A stretch of DNA of 64,000 nucleotides from Octopus vulgaris (taxonomy: Eukaryota). Positions 1 through 14,325 of the stretch are shown piece by piece. Positions within the stretch are counted from its first letter, which is position 1. Every line of letters begins with the position of its first letter. Both the position numbers and the translations under genes were made by a program. The notes beneath the pieces were generated by a model that saw nothing but the letters and a program-made list of their open reading frames with translations, ran no database searches and was not told where the DNA came from. The stretch lies in NCBI GenBank assembly GCA_951406725.2, contig OX597839.1, forward strand, positions 28,086,001 through 28,150,000. The letters run 5' to 3'.

Positions 1-1480
1 CGCAAGTTCTTCTGACTCCCACAGCCACCATATCTGTCCTGAGTGACAGCCCTGAAGCAAGAGAGACCCATGCCAGTCATTCGGCACTCACATGACCCAC
101 CCCTTCATTCTTCTCTCCTAGCAAGGCCCCTCCAGCTGTTTGCATAACATCACTGACCCTATACTTCTGACCCACCTCAGTCCCACAAACCTTCCATCAA
201 AATTTCAAATTAATCTGTTCCAAACACCAGCTTAATTATGACAAAATTATTTTCCCAAATTCTTCATTATTTCCAAAATTAATTGAAATAAAAGTCTTTC
301 AACAAAAGCATGGTAGGAAAAGAGTTAAATGGCACATCACTAGAGGCAATATTACCACATGGAACTAGAGAGTCCCTGGTTCTAAGTCTTGGAATTAATG
401 GACATTCTTTCATTGGTTTAAGGAAACTAGTTCATGGGGTGCCTCGTTCAAGCTGTCCTGCACTAAACAATTTCTAGCTGTACCTTTTGACAGCAGAATA
501 CACTCTTTCAAGAATTTATCTTTTCACACTGAGAATTATTGAAGCATGAAATAAACTATCCGCATCAGTTGTTAGCTGTCAGGACACAAATGTGTCCTTC
601 TAAAATTCCATGCTTCCTTAAGTTCACCAACATTACTCCTGATGTACCTATGTGCCCTTTCTGTTTATTGGTTCCTTTAATGCTCATTTCTCTGTTTTAT
701 TGTGTATTGTGCAGGTGCTTTTGAATCTCATTCCCCTCTTGTTCACCTCTTTTACCCTTTCTGTCCCCTCTTTCACCCTTTTCCACAAGTTGTAGTGCAC
801 CTGAGCACTGTATGCAATAAGCTCATTATTACTAAGGGGGCAAGCTGGCAGAATCGTTAGCATGCTGAGCAAAATGCTTAGCGATATTTCACCCGTCGCA
901 GTGTTCTGAGTTCTAATTTTGCCAAAGTCAACTTTTCCTTTCATCCTTTTTGGGTCGATAAATTAAGTACCAGTGAAATTCTGGGGTTGATGTAATCGAC
1001 TTGTCCCTTCCCCCGCAAATATCAGGCCTTGTGCCTATAATAGAAAGGATTATTATTCTGCCAAGGTCGACTTTGCCTTTCATCCTTTAGGGGTCAGTAA
1101 AATGGCTACCAGTTCAGTTCTGGGGTTGATCTAATTGACTCATCTCCACCTCCCCTAAGCTGCCCTTGTGGCAAAAATTTGAAATAATTATTGTTTTAAA
1201 TTGCCAATCTGTAGATGACTTCTTCCCCTTCCTCCCATCAGACAGGAAACCTCTAAAAAGGGGTCATGAGACCTGCTCTTTTGAGCTATAGACACAAAGA
1301 AGGTAAAAAAATTCATTCAACTATTGCTTTTTCTATTGTTAGCCCCCCATCTGTCTCCCTATTTATACAAACCTCATACATTTTGCTTCTCATTATAAAG
1401 AAACCCTTTGTTTTCTACAGAGACAACATTAATGGGACTGAACCTTTTCCATTGTTGTTTAAACTTAACCACCATATATA

Positions 1481-1810
1481 GGAGCACTCCGTCGGTTACG
1501 ACGATGAGGGGGGTCCCAGCCGATATGATCAACGGAAACAGCTTGCTCGTGAAATTAACGTGCAAGTGGCTGAGTACTCCACAGACACGTGTACCCCTCA
1601 CGTAGTTCTCGGGGAGATTCAGCATGACACAGAGTGTGACAAGGCCGGCCCTTTGAAATGCAGGTACATCTCATTTTTGCCAGCTGAGTGGACTGGGGCA
1701 ATAAAGTGAAATAAAGTGTCTTGCTCAAGGACACAACGCGTTGCTGGGAATCGAACTCACGACCTTACAATCGTGAGCCGAATGCCCTAACCACTAAGCC
1801 ACGCGCCTTC
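1481..1810 (-). mobile_element. tRNA-derived SINE (family C); another copy at 26930-27195(-), related head at 2841-3050(+)
   Basis: The minus strand starts GGCGCGTGGCTTAGTGGTTAG (A box) ... GAGTTCGATTCCC (B box), followed by a GTGTCCTTGAGCAAGACACT conserved core. Confidence 0.85.
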
Positions 1811-3352
1811 ACAAACTTAACCACCACCACACTGAACTGTAACCAGCATGCCTGTGGCATGTTATGCCACGTGGGCCACAGTGAAGGAGCCCATAGATCT
1901 ATAATTCTCAATCAGGGTCATTATGACCCTTGGGGGTCCACGTAAGATTTTGTTAATATTTATCTGCAATAAATTTGTTACACTTCTGTGATACACAAAA
2001 CATTTTAACAATTTATTTCATACAATTCCTTATAAAATTTAATTATTTGTCTAGGTGCCACCATGGTGACATAGTGTAGTGGTTCCTAATTAAGGTTCAT
2101 CTGACCCCTGGGACTCCAAATAAGATTTTATTGTTAAAATTTATACTCTCTCTCTTGTTTCAGTCATGTGATTGTGGCCATGCTGGAACACCGCCTTTAG
2201 TCAAGCAAATTGACCCCCGGGACTTATTCTTTGTAAGCCCAGTACTTATTCTATCGGCCTCTTTTGCCAAGCCGCTAAGTTACAGGGACGTAAATACACC
2301 AGCATCTGTTGTCAAGCGATGTTGACGGGGACAACAGACACACATACATATATATATACGACAGGCTTGACTCTCTAACCACCTTCACATAATCAACTGC
2401 ATAACCTAGGTAACAAGTTATATTATTTTACTGTCTGAGTTGTTCTGTCAACTGGATGGTCACTACTAGAGTGTCCGTGATCATGGATCTGTCCAACCAG
2501 AACCGACCCAGTGTTAACATATACTTGTTTCCTGAACAGTTCTATAAACTTCAGATCTTGATTTATCAAGATTTAATCTGATATCTTTGGATTCCGAATC
2601 TCCATTTGTCTGCCAGAGATCCTTTATGGACCTGCTGCTATACAAGCATGACCTACTCCCTAAGGTAGCGAAATCCTGATATCTCAACCAGTACCAATTT
2701 AGCAGAGAACCATTTAGCAGAACACTAGTATATTATCCAATTAAATCCCTCATCTTTTCCCCTAAGAAAATTATAGATGTCATAGAATCCCTTATCTTCT
2801 GATGTCCGTATAAGACAGTCATAGGCAATTTCCAGCCCAAGTGGAGGTATGTGGTTTAGTGGTTAGGGTGCTGGACTCCCGATCGTAAGATTGTGGTTTC
2901 AATTCCTTGACCGGGCAATGCATTATGGTCTTGAACGAAACCCTTCATTTCACATTGTTCCAGTGAGTAATCTTGTAAATGACCAGTGCTGTGTCCAGTG
3001 GGGAAATATATTTGCTACAGAAACTGGGAAACTGGCTGTATGATTCTATAGGATGCAAGAATGACCTTTATCATTTTAAACTGTGGCTTGTCGGATATTT
3101 TCTGAATGACCCATCTAACAAAAAATTGCTTTCGGTTTTTGTTTTTTCGTTGTTTTTTGTAGTAGTAGAGCCTGTCTGATGAGCCATGTTTTTATGTGGC
3201 CCACTTTCTCATGAAAGGATGTCCATATAGGTATTGCCACCTGTTGGTGGATTCCACTGATTGGAAATAATCAATCGCAAAATATACAGAAATTTCAGGT
3301 TCATTTATTTGTGGTCTTGGCTAATTAATTGCACAATCGTTTTATGGAGCTT

Positions 3353-3500
<148 letters not shown>

Positions 3501-3691
3501 TCCAAACTTGGCACTGTTCTCATGTTGTTCATGAAATTAATTGGTTTATTGGCATTGTATATTATCTTCCTGCCTTCTATGTTATTGTTTAACCCTAGGT
3601 CAGAGGTGAGATCTATGATCAAATCCATTCCACTTTTGACTATCGTGTCTCCCTTTGGACTAAATTGCCTAATGTGTGACCATCTGCTCTC

Positions 3692-3750
<59 letters not shown>

Positions 3751-4108
3751 TGGTAAAAACGGTAAGATAACAAAAGAAAGAGACCTCAATATTATGTAAA
3801 TAATATTTTTTCAGATGGCCAGATAACCAAAGAGATGGTGTTGTGGATTTCCACCTCGGCATCTGAAACTCAGAGTTTTATCTTGGCTATTGAATAATTG
3901 TCATATGTTATTTTACAGATATATATATATATATTCTTGTTTCAGTCCTTTGACTGCAGCCATGCTGGAGCACCGTCTTTAGTGGAAGTAATTGACTCCA
4001 GGACTTATTCTTTGTAAACCTAGTACTTATTCTGTCAGTTCTTTTGCCGAACTGCTAAGGTTATGTTGTCAGGCAACGGTGGGGGGTTGTGGACAATCAC
4101 AGACACAA

Positions 4109-4151
<43 letters not shown>

Positions 4152-4823
4152 TGATGGGCTTCTTTCAGTTTCTGTCTACCAAATCCACTCCTAAGGCTTT
4201 GGTTCCTAAGCCGGAACCATGTGGTTGGAAAGCAAGCTTCTTACCACATAGCCACGCCCGCACCTATAAAATATATATCTCGGTGAGACCTTAATACTTT
4301 CCATGGTGATGCTCCAGCATGACCACAGCCACATGGTTGAAATGAGTAAAAGTGTATATGTTTTTAGATGGTAGGGTATGATTTGAAGTAATTTGGTAGT
4401 TATTTCTAGCAGATCAGGCGACCACCTAAAGGTTCCCTCGTTGACTTGTCTACCGTATGTTTGTGTGTGCATGTCTGTGTGTGTGTTTGTTTGTTTGTGT
4501 TTATGGTGCGATGAGACTAGTACAGCTGCTGAAATATTTAACAAATGTTTCTTTGTCTCTCATGCAGACAGCTTTAATAATTAAACCGACTGTGTTAATT
4601 TGCTTGGCAGAATCGCAGAATCGTTAGCATGTCAGACAAGATGCTTGCTGCCATTTCTTCCAACATTTTACACTCTGAGTTTGCGTTCCATTCCAGTGAA
4701 GTCGACTTTGCCTTTCATCCTTTGAGGGGTCAATAAAATAAATACCATTTAAACACTGGTATTTATTTTATTGTTGACCAAGTCATTCGTTTCCCCTAAT
4801 ACATTACTGGTACTACCTACTAA

Positions 4824-5240
4824 GGCGGCAGGGAGCTGGCAGAATCGTTAGCATGCCGGGCGAAATGCTTAGCGGTATTTCGTCTGCCGCTATGTTCTGA
4901 GTTCAAAATCTGCCAAGGTCGACTTTGCCTTTCATCCTTTCAGGGTCGATTAAATAAGTACCAGTCACGCACTGGGGTCGATATAATCGACTTAATCCGT
5001 TTGTCTGTCCTTGTTTGTTCCCTTGTTTACTACCCCTTGTGGGTAGTAAAGAAATAGGTATTTCGTCTACCGCTACGTTCTGAGTTCAAATTCCGCCAAG
5101 GTCGACTTTGCCTTTCATCCTTTCAGGGTCGATTAAATAAGTACCAGTCACGCACTGGGGTCGATATAATCGACTTAATCCGTTTGTCTGTCCTTGTTTG
5201 TTCCCTCTGTGTTTAGCCCCTTGTGGGTAGTAAAGAAATA
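4824..5240 (+). mobile_element. SINE family A with internal tandem duplication and 12-bp TSD; other copies 836-1048(+), 13070-13460(-), 15270-15470(-), 17360-17765(-), 60693-60860(+)
   Basis: GAGCTGGCAGAATCGTTAGC...GAGTTCAAAT...GTCGACTTTGCCTTTCATCC. TSD GGTACTACCTAC at 4809-4820 and 5241-5252. Confidence 0.88.
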
Positions 5241-6861
5241 GGTACTACCTACATATTTCATCAAACACAAAGGGCATGGAAGAACAAGGGGCCACTCTGG
5301 AATACAGATGGGACAGAATCTAATTACTGCAAAAGTCTGCTGTCACGCCACTGCCACCTGCCATTTACCATTTGACTTTAGGATATTAGAGCAATAAAAA
5401 AAGATCATTAATTACTTTATTAATGCAATGCTTTGCAGCAATTAATTTAATTAATTTCCTCAGCATTAAAGTCGGTTGTAGCATTCCCTTATCATTTCTC
5501 ACACTGTTTCCATTCCTGTCGTACAAGTCTTTCATCTTTTACTTATATCGGTCATTAGACTGTGGCCATGCTGGGGCACCACCTTGAAATTTTTCGCTGA
5601 TAAATTGATCCCAGTACATATTGATTTATTTTAAAAAACTTGGTACTTATTCTATTGATCTCTTTTGCCAAACTGTTAAGTCACAGAAGTAAACACACCA
5701 GCATCAGTTGTCAAGCAGTGGTGGGATGCACACACATTCATACATACATACATACATGATGGGCTTCTTTCAGTTTCCATCTACTAAAACCACACTTAAG
5801 TCACTGAAATCTCAAAACTATGATATAATGCATGGTTAATTAAAAACAATCCTCATCATTTAACATCCGTTGTCCATGCTGGCATGGGTTAGATGGTTTG
5901 ACCAGGGCTGGTAAGCTGAGGGGCTGCACCAGACTCCAGTCTGATTTGGCATGGTTTTCTATGGCTGGATGCCCTTCCTAACACTAATCACTCCATGGGT
6001 GCTTTTATGTGCCACCAGCACAGGTGCCATATGTGTGACACCAGTATCTGCCACGACTACAATTTTACTCGACTCGATTGGTCTTACGCACAACATAAAA
6101 CCAAAGGTCTCGGTCCTTGCCTCCATGAGGCCCAAAGCTTGAAAGGAACTCAGTCACTTTACCTCCTTAAATAAATGAGCATTGCCTGCATCACATAACA
6201 GGCATGTAAAAATGCACTCTTTGAACATTGGGCCTCACAGAACCAATGATAAGAGACGGAGAGCTTTGGCGCTGTGCCATGCTTGAGAAAACCTGTCAAG
6301 CCAAGTGAAACCATAGTTGTGGCTAATGCTGGTGTCACATAACTGGCACCCATGCCAGTGGCACATGAAAAGCACCCATTACATTCTTGGAGTGGTTGGC
6401 ATTAGGAAGGGCATCCTGCCATAGAAACCCTGCCAAATCAGATTGGAACCCGGTGCAGCTACCCCTAGCTTACCAGCCTTCAGTGAAACTGTCCAACCCA
6501 TGCCAGCATGGAAAGCAGACACTAAATAATGATGATGGATTTAATAGAGTAATCTGAATGCTTAAAGGGTTAATGTAAAAAAAATCAAAGAAGGGAAGAA
6601 TATACAGCGTAATGTGTCCCACGCAATAATTTAACGAAATACTTGCAAACAGATTTGAACTCATGAACTCCCACTCCGTAGGCTGGGTGTTGATTTAATG
6701 TAGTTCAATCCATTGGCCATTTCACCATGATGTGTTCGGCCAAAGTTCAGCCAGTTTCGAAACTGCTATTTCCGGTAGCTTTTACATTCTAGATATTTCC
6801 TCCTGGAAACAAATGCTGCTATCAATCTCCGTCGGCAACTGGGCACCGAATTTTTCTTTAC

Positions 6862-7127
6862 GCCTGGCACCTGTGCAGGTGGCACGTAAAAAGCACCAAT
6901 CCGATCGTGGCCGATGCCAGCCTCCCCTGGAACCTGTGCAGGTGGCACGTAAAAAGCACCCACTACACTCAGGGAGTGGTTGGCGTTAGGAAGGGCATCC
7001 AGCCGTAGAAACATTGCCAGATCAGACCGGAGCCTGGTGCAGCCTTCTGGCTTCCCAGATCCCCGGTCGAACCATCCAACCCATGCCAGCATGGAAAAAC
7101 AGACGTTAAACAGTGATGATGATGATG
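6862..7127 (+). mobile_element. RTE 3'-tail copy (truncated LINE or RTE-tailed SINE); related copies at 5853-6060(-), 6290-6537(+), 18760-18965(+), 23375-23627(+), 31570-31858(+), 39500-39683(+)
   Basis: GGCACGTAAAAAGCACC...GGAGTGGTTGGCGTTAGGAAGGGCATCCAG...CCATGCCAGCATGGAAA...(GAT)n, the same sequence as 49030-49211. Confidence 0.85.
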
Positions 7128-9968
7128 GTGGTGGTGTCTTCTGTCTGTCTGTTTGTCTCGGGCAAAGTCCTGAAATGCTCTCCTCCTTTAAAGAAGAGTC
7201 AAGATGAAATAAAGAAAAGAAAAGAATGGAAGAAAAACCCCTTCAAGCCATTTATTTTGTTTGTTTGTTTGTTTCTGTTCCTCATTTGAAATTCAATTAG
7301 CAAATTATCAAGTGCACGCGCACTGTCTTTACGCAGCATGAGGTCGGTCGGAGCCGCTACATTGGCGTGCAACTACATGCACACACACACACATATATGC
7401 ATGCACATACACGTCTAGGCGCTACTCAGCCACATAGACATACCTGTGTGTGTGCGCGTGCATGCATGTTTACACGCATACAGAAATGCAGGCAAACTGC
7501 TTTCCCCATGTATGTACATAGATGTATGCATGCATAGCTACACACACACACATACACACATTCATTCTTGCATACAACATATACATGCACACACACACAC
7601 ACACACACGCATTATGCAATACTTACCTACGTAGACACATGCATACATACCTGTATACACATACACAGACATGCTCTTGCTTATCTTCTTAGACATACCT
7701 GTATCCGTCTTTCTCTCTCCGAGAGACAAAGACCCACATCCATTTGACTCTCTTTGGTGCAAATGTTCCAAGAACAATCTCTTATTCATTCGCTCCCTTT
7801 TGTTGTTTAATCTTTCATTCTTCCATCTCTCTCTCTCTCTCTTTCTATAAACTCACTCAGAAATATACAAGAATTCTCTCCCTATTTTCCTAAATCTGGC
7901 TACACTCTCCCTTTCACTACCTCTTTATCCAGCTTTTGTGGGTTCGACCGCGTCCTCCGCTTCATTTTTTGTTAATCACTCATTATCATTTAATTGTATA
8001 TATTTTAATTGGTTTGTTTATTCATATGTTTCGTCTCATTCGATACCCTGACCCCAACGTTTGTTTTGTCCCTTCTTTTTCTCAACCTTATGGTGAATAA
8101 AGAAATACTCTCTCTCTCTCTCTCTAACTTGCTTTGTTAGGGGCTGTACTTTACAAGCACCTTTGAGGTGTGTGTGTGTGTAGAGGGACAATTGGAAATG
8201 GTAATGGATGAAAGCCACCACACAGCTGCTGGTATCCTTCTGATACCACCAGCTTCCTCTCTTCTCCGGTTCTGCTATATCTGTAACGGGTGAGGGGGTG
8301 GGGTGGCAGGGGGAAGAAAACAGGCATTTTCCGTTTTCTGTAGTTAAATCCTAAACCTCTCTTTCTCTCTCATTCTTTCTCTCTTTCTCTCTCATTCTCT
8401 CATTCTTTCTCTCTTTCTCTCTCTCTCTCATTCTCCCTTTCTTTCTCTCTCTCTCTCACTCATACCCTTTCTCACTATACTTCAAAGACAAGAGATTCGC
8501 TTCTATGAAACTATTTTTCTTTCTTTTAAGAATGCAGATAAGGCAGTAGTAGTAGTGGTAGTAGTAGTAGTAGTAGTAACAACACTGTTGTTACCAGCAT
8601 GATGGCACCACCACCACCACCACCTCCCTCATCTGCCTTTCACCCACCAACTCTCCAACATGACATTATACCAAGTCACTGGTCCCTCCTAAGTCACTTC
8701 TGATCCTATTAACATCAGCCACTGCAACTGATACCACCACCACCAGCACTACAGCCACTGGCACCAACACCAACACCACCACCACCACTGACACCACCAC
8801 CACCACCACCACCACCACTGGCACCAACACCACCACCACCACCACCGCACCACACCACCACCACCACCACCACACTGCTACTGCCTCTGACATCACAAAA
8901 GGAAATAGACGGGATGGTCCTTGCTGGAATTCTTTTGATGCTAGGTTCTGTTCTACTCAGTGATATCCAACCTGGAGCTAAAACACCACCGCCACCACCA
9001 TTGACATCCACTACCACTATTACCACCATCATCATCATCATCATCATCATCATCATTATCACTAAAACTACAATAACAATATGGAAAGAAGCTGGTGGTG
9101 GTGGTGGTGGAATGAGGTTTTGAGGGGTTTTTTTCAGGATTGGAATTGTAGAAATTCTTTGAAATTACTTCTAAAGATCCCTTCCCCCCATCACCCCCAC
9201 CCCACCCCCGCACGTTTTTCCTCACCCTACTCCCCAATAATCTGGTGATACTCAAATTCTGATTTGGTATCATCTATAATATACTCTCTCCCTTTTCTCT
9301 CTCTCTCTCTCTCTCTCTATCCCTTTCTTTTCTCTCTATCCCTCTCTTTTCTCTCTTTCCCTTTCTTTTCTCTCTTTCCCTTTCTTTTCTCTCTTTCCCT
9401 TTCTTTTCTCTCTCTCCCCTCCCTTTTTTCTCTACCCCCTCTCTTTTTCTCTACCCCCTCTCTTTTTCTCTACCCCCTCTCTTTTCTCTCTCTCCCCCTC
9501 TTTTCTCTCTCTCTCCCCCTCTTTTCTCTCTCTCCCTCTCTCTTTTCTCTCTCTCCCCCTCTCTTCTCTCTTTCTCTCCCTCTTTCTCCACCACTTCTGC
9601 CTTTATCTGTTCTCTCACTTTTCACTATCACTTCTTCCTCTATTCTCTTTTCTCTCTCTCTCTATCTCTCTCACATCCATTTTCTGATCCCTCCAACTCA
9701 CTCATCTCTCTCTCTTTCCACTCTAACCCCTCTCCACTTATTCTCTCTCTTTCATTCCCCAGCTCTTTTATTTTACTCTATTCCCCCCCAACTACCACCA
9801 CCACCACCACCGCCGCCGCCACCACCACCCTGCATTCTTTCTCCCCCCCCACCACCCTCCATCTCATATTACCATTCACTTTCTAATATACTAATCCATC
9901 CAGTTCCTCTCTCTCTCTCTCTCTCTCTTCATGCTCCACACCTAAGTGTCAGTTGAGTCTCTCTTTTG

Positions 9969-9969
<1 letters not shown>

Positions 9970-10032
<63 letters not shown>

Positions 10033-10538
10033 ATGCATATGTGTGTGTGTGTGTATGCATGTGTGTGTGTGTGTATGCATGTGTGTGTGTGTGTATGCAT
10101 GTGTGTGTGTGTGTATGCATGTGTGTGTGTGTGTATGCATATGTGTGTGTGTGTATGCATGTGTGTGTGTGTGTGTGTATGCATGCATGTGTGTGTGTGT
10201 GTGTATGCATGTATGTGTGTGTGTGTGTGTATGCATGTATGTATATATGTGTGTATGCATGTATGTATATATATGTGTGTGTGTGTATGCATGTATGTAT
10301 ATATATGTGTGTGTGTGTGTATGCATGTATGTATATATGTGTGTGTGTGTGTGTATGCATGTATGTATATATATGTGTGTGTGTGTGTGTATGCATGTAT
10401 GTATATATATATGTGTGTGTGTGTATGCATGTATGTATATATGTGTGTGTATGCATGTATGTATGTATATGTGTGTGTGTATACATGTATATATATATAT
10501 GTGTGTGTGTGTATGCATGTATGTATATATATGTATAT
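9970..10538. repeat. (TA)n then (GT)n-ATGCAT compound micro/minisatellite, period about 20-30 bp
   Basis: Recurrent GTGTATGCAT unit. Confidence 0.95.
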
Positions 10539-11740
10539 AAATTGCCATGTTTCTTGTTGCTGGGAAATCTCTGATTCATGTGTGTATTTTATCAATGGAC
10601 TGTGCTGGATACAATCTCCTGCTATTGATTGTATTCTTCCATTGTGTGTGACCGCAGTGAATGCCACAGCAGCAGCAGCAGCAGGGCTTACATATAAGTA
10701 AGTTTGGCCGAGGCTTAGTACACTTCTAATGGACTGACAAATTGAGGCAGTCTATTAAAGTTCCCATAATCTACTACTACTACAACTACTACTACTACTA
10801 TAACTATTATTACTGCTACTACTGCTGCCGCTGCCGAAGATGAACTTTTTCTCTTCTCCCCTGCAAAAGAGCAAAGTTCAGATGATGTGATTAGTCAGAA
10901 ATAAAACCCCGTCAGTGCTGCTGTGGATTGGTTAGAACAGGAGGTAATAATGCCTAGCAGTGTTTGTTCCAACTCTCTGCTGCAGGCCTGAGTTCAAATC
11001 CCACCAGGGTTGGTTGGATGGTTCACTCTGCCATTCAGCTGGGGCATTTGAATGAAGTACCGGTCAAGGCTAGAAATTTTGAGGAAAAGGGTTTAATCTA
11101 TTTTGTTGCCCCTCCCCACCGTCCGTATTTAACTGGTGTCTTTTATTTCTTACATGTTTCAGTCATAAGTCTGTGGCCCTGCTGGGGCATGGCCTTGAAG
11201 CATTTTAGCCCTTTAGCTTTCAGATTACTTTGTCGAATGTAAAGCTTATTTATTCACATTGTTTTTAATTAATCCTGGATTATCTTTGGAATTTTTGGTG
11301 TGATCATTAATTTTTAGAATGACTTTGTAGGGTAGGTGTGAGAGGCCTGATCTGGTCAATTTGAACATAAAACAGGTACAATATTTTGGCCGATACGGCC
11401 AGTTTGAATGCTAGAGAGATAACCAAGTGAACTGATTCCAGTACATTTTTTTTTAAGGCCTGGTACTTGATCTATTGGTCAGTTTTGCCAAACCATTAAC
11501 TGGAGAGCATGGTGTTTAACCCTAATCCCTTGACCATGCTTTGCTGCATGAATATGTAAAAATGGAAATATTTCCAAGAATTTTTTAAAAACCAAGAAGG
11601 AATTTTTCTGAATCCTAAAAATTTTCTCCAGTTTTATGGTTTCCAGCAGACATGAGGTAAACCACCTTGGATAGGACTCTAGTATGTCATGCCTAATATT
11701 CTTTCAATGCTCTGTTGCCTAGTCATATCAGTCTTGGGGA

Positions 11741-12489
11741 CAGTGCTTGGAAGGAAGGTGTGTAGCGTGTGATCGTCACGTTGACCATGACAGAGAAAGT
11801 TGAGCAGAGAATCTGCATCAAATTTTGCCAAAAGCTTTCCGATACCTGCTCAGAGGCTTATGCAAAATTTTCAAAGAGATTTCATCATTCTTGACACAAT
11901 CAAAGATATCTTGTGCAACTGAAACCTGAGTCTTTTTTGGTCAGCTGAAAGCAGTTTTAGCAGAAACTTAGTAGACACGTGTCTCATACCGAAATCTTCA
12001 GTGATAATGGACTGAACTGAACCGTAACTAATCTGCACATCCTCTGATAACTCATGGATGGGTGATTCAATGATTTCCCCTCACAGCTGCACACACATCT
12101 GCGACGTTTTTTTCTGTTCTGCTGGTTGTGGGTCTCCCAGAATGTTCATCAATATTGATATTTTTTCAGCCATCATGGAAACATCTGAACCACTCATACG
12201 CTTGTGTGTGGCTCTCACACCCCTCTCTATACACTTTCTGTAACTTTGCATAAGCCTCTGAGCAGGTATCGTCATGACAACTTTCTCTGTCATGGCCAAT
12301 GCAACAGTCACACGCTACACGTCTTCCTTCCAAGCACTGCTGTAAACAGCGGAAGTGTGCTAGAATGTTAAAACTTAGTGCACATGCACTGTAGAGATCA
12401 AAGTTAATCTTTGCCATGCGGCTTTACTCTGCATGCTTAAGCTTCGTTACCATGGCAACAGTCTGGTTACTTATTGATCTGACCTCGTA
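11741..12489 (-). mobile_element. Mariner relic: 5' half on minus strand plus a convergent short 5' copy on plus strand
   Basis: Minus strand begins TA-CGAGGTCAGATCAATAAGT and encodes decayed DTCSEAYAKLQKVY..YEWFRCF..G..SGRPTTSRTEKNV..HELSEDVQISYGSVQSIITED. Plus strand 11787-11868 encodes MTEKVEQRICIKFCQKLSDTCSEAYAK. Confidence 0.85.
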
Positions 12490-14278
12490 TAAATGTAAAT
12501 ATTCTACTGATTATTATATGTAAGCATCTCTTGTGAATTTTTGTTCCAAACACCAACTAAACGATGGAGGAATTTGTTATTTTAGTAATTCTTTCCAAAG
12601 CATAAAGAAAAAAAAACAAAAATGGTTGTTAAAAGTTAGAATACCCCCCCCCCCACCAATACTGAGCAAAATCTGTCTCTGATGGTTTCTCTATCTACTT
12701 ATTTATCTAACTTCTATCAAATCTATTGCAACCCCCACCTCACTCTCCTCTTTCTTGCCCCTATTTTTCTCCTTTCTCTCACTTCACTCTCTCCTCTTGC
12801 CCCTCTTTTTCTCCTCTCACCTCTTTTCTTGCCCCTCCTTTTTTCCTCTCTCTCACTTCACTCTCTCTTTTTCTCCTCTCTGCCCTCTTGCTCTCACTTG
12901 CCCCTTCTCTTTTGTCCTCTCTCTCTCTCTCTCTCTTTTCCATTAATTTATTTCTCATCTAATTTAATTAGGATTATTTGGTCTAAATGAGTTTCTACTT
13001 ATTTCAAGAAATAACCTCTGTAATTGGAATATAATTTCTTATTCAAGGATGACAATAGCAACAACAATAATGGTTTCAAATTTTGCCACAGGGGCAGCCA
13101 TTTTGAGGGAGGTGGGGATGAGTCGATTACATCAACCCCAGCGTTTCACTGCTACTTAATTTATCAACCCCCCAAAAATGGAAGGCAAAATCGACTTTGG
13201 TGGAATTTGAACTCGGACAAAATACCGCTAAGCACTTCACCTGGCGTACTAACGATTCTATAATAATAGTGGTTTCAAATTTTTCCACAAGGGCAGCAAT
13301 TTGGTGGGAGGGAATGAGTCAATTACATCGACCCCAGTACACAACTGGTACTTAATTTATCGACCCTGAAAGGATGGAACGTAAAGTTGACCTTGGCGGA
13401 ATTTGAACTCAGAACGTAGCAACAGACAAAATACCGCTAAGGATTTCACCCGGCGTGCTAACGATTCTATAATAATAGTAATAATAATTTCTTTATTAAC
13501 CAGAAGGGTTTACATGAAGGAAAGCGTTATGGACAGCACAGGACAAAACAAAAAAAAAAATTTTTTTAAGTGTGTTTGTAGTTTTGAGGGTTTTGTGTGT
13601 AAACAAGATTAATAAAATTAGGGAAAAAATAATGATAATAACGACAGTAGTGATCCTATGAAGGAGATTACTACTACTACTACTATTACTGCTACTACTT
13701 TACGTCATTTAGATGAAACTGTTTACTCGGTTAATTCCTGGTCAATATTTCCAAAAACTTATCAAACATTCCTCACAATGAAACGTTTCGTTGTGAGGAA
13801 TTGTTTACCAATATGTCATAATGGGAACCTTTATGAAGATACCGGATGATGATGATGATGATGATGATGATGCATCACTCTCTGTCACAACTGCTACTGT
13901 CGTTACTGCTGCTGCTACTACTACCACTATCACATTTTGAAATCATTGGCCAGCAATGCGAAATAATCTTTTTTGTAACTTTTATACTCTCTCTCTCTCT
14001 CTCTCTCTCTCCCTCCCCCTCTCTCTCTCCCTATATATATATATATATATATATAGGAAAATTGAATAAGGATTTTTCCTACAAATTGTAAACTATATAT
14101 ATATATAAGTTCAGCAAAATTTAGATTCAGTTGAATATGGTACTTAAGTTAAAGGCACCAGAATTTGGTGTGGTATTATCCATATAAATCAAATTGGGTG
14201 ATTATAATCAAAATAAGCAACAAGGATATCCAAAGGTAGTGTAGTACACTACCTTGGATAACCTTGTTGCTTATTTTG

Positions 14279-14322
<44 letters not shown>

Positions 14323-14325
<3 letters not shown>

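Noticed and set aside
3170-3225. CTGATGA followed by a hairpin as a hammerhead
   Set aside because: No GAAA directly follows the hairpin and there is no stem I/III register.
8540-9115. Gly/Thr/Val-rich ORFs
   Set aside because: Trinucleotide repeats (ACC, CAT, TAG); no domain or splice support.
10020-10520. CRISPR-like regularly spaced ATGCAT repeats
   Set aside because: The spacers are GT/TA microsatellite, the context is eukaryotic and there are no cas genes.
10590-10703. Possible exon ending at a GTAAGT donor near 10698
   Set aside because: No septin similarity and no clear acceptor; insufficient support.
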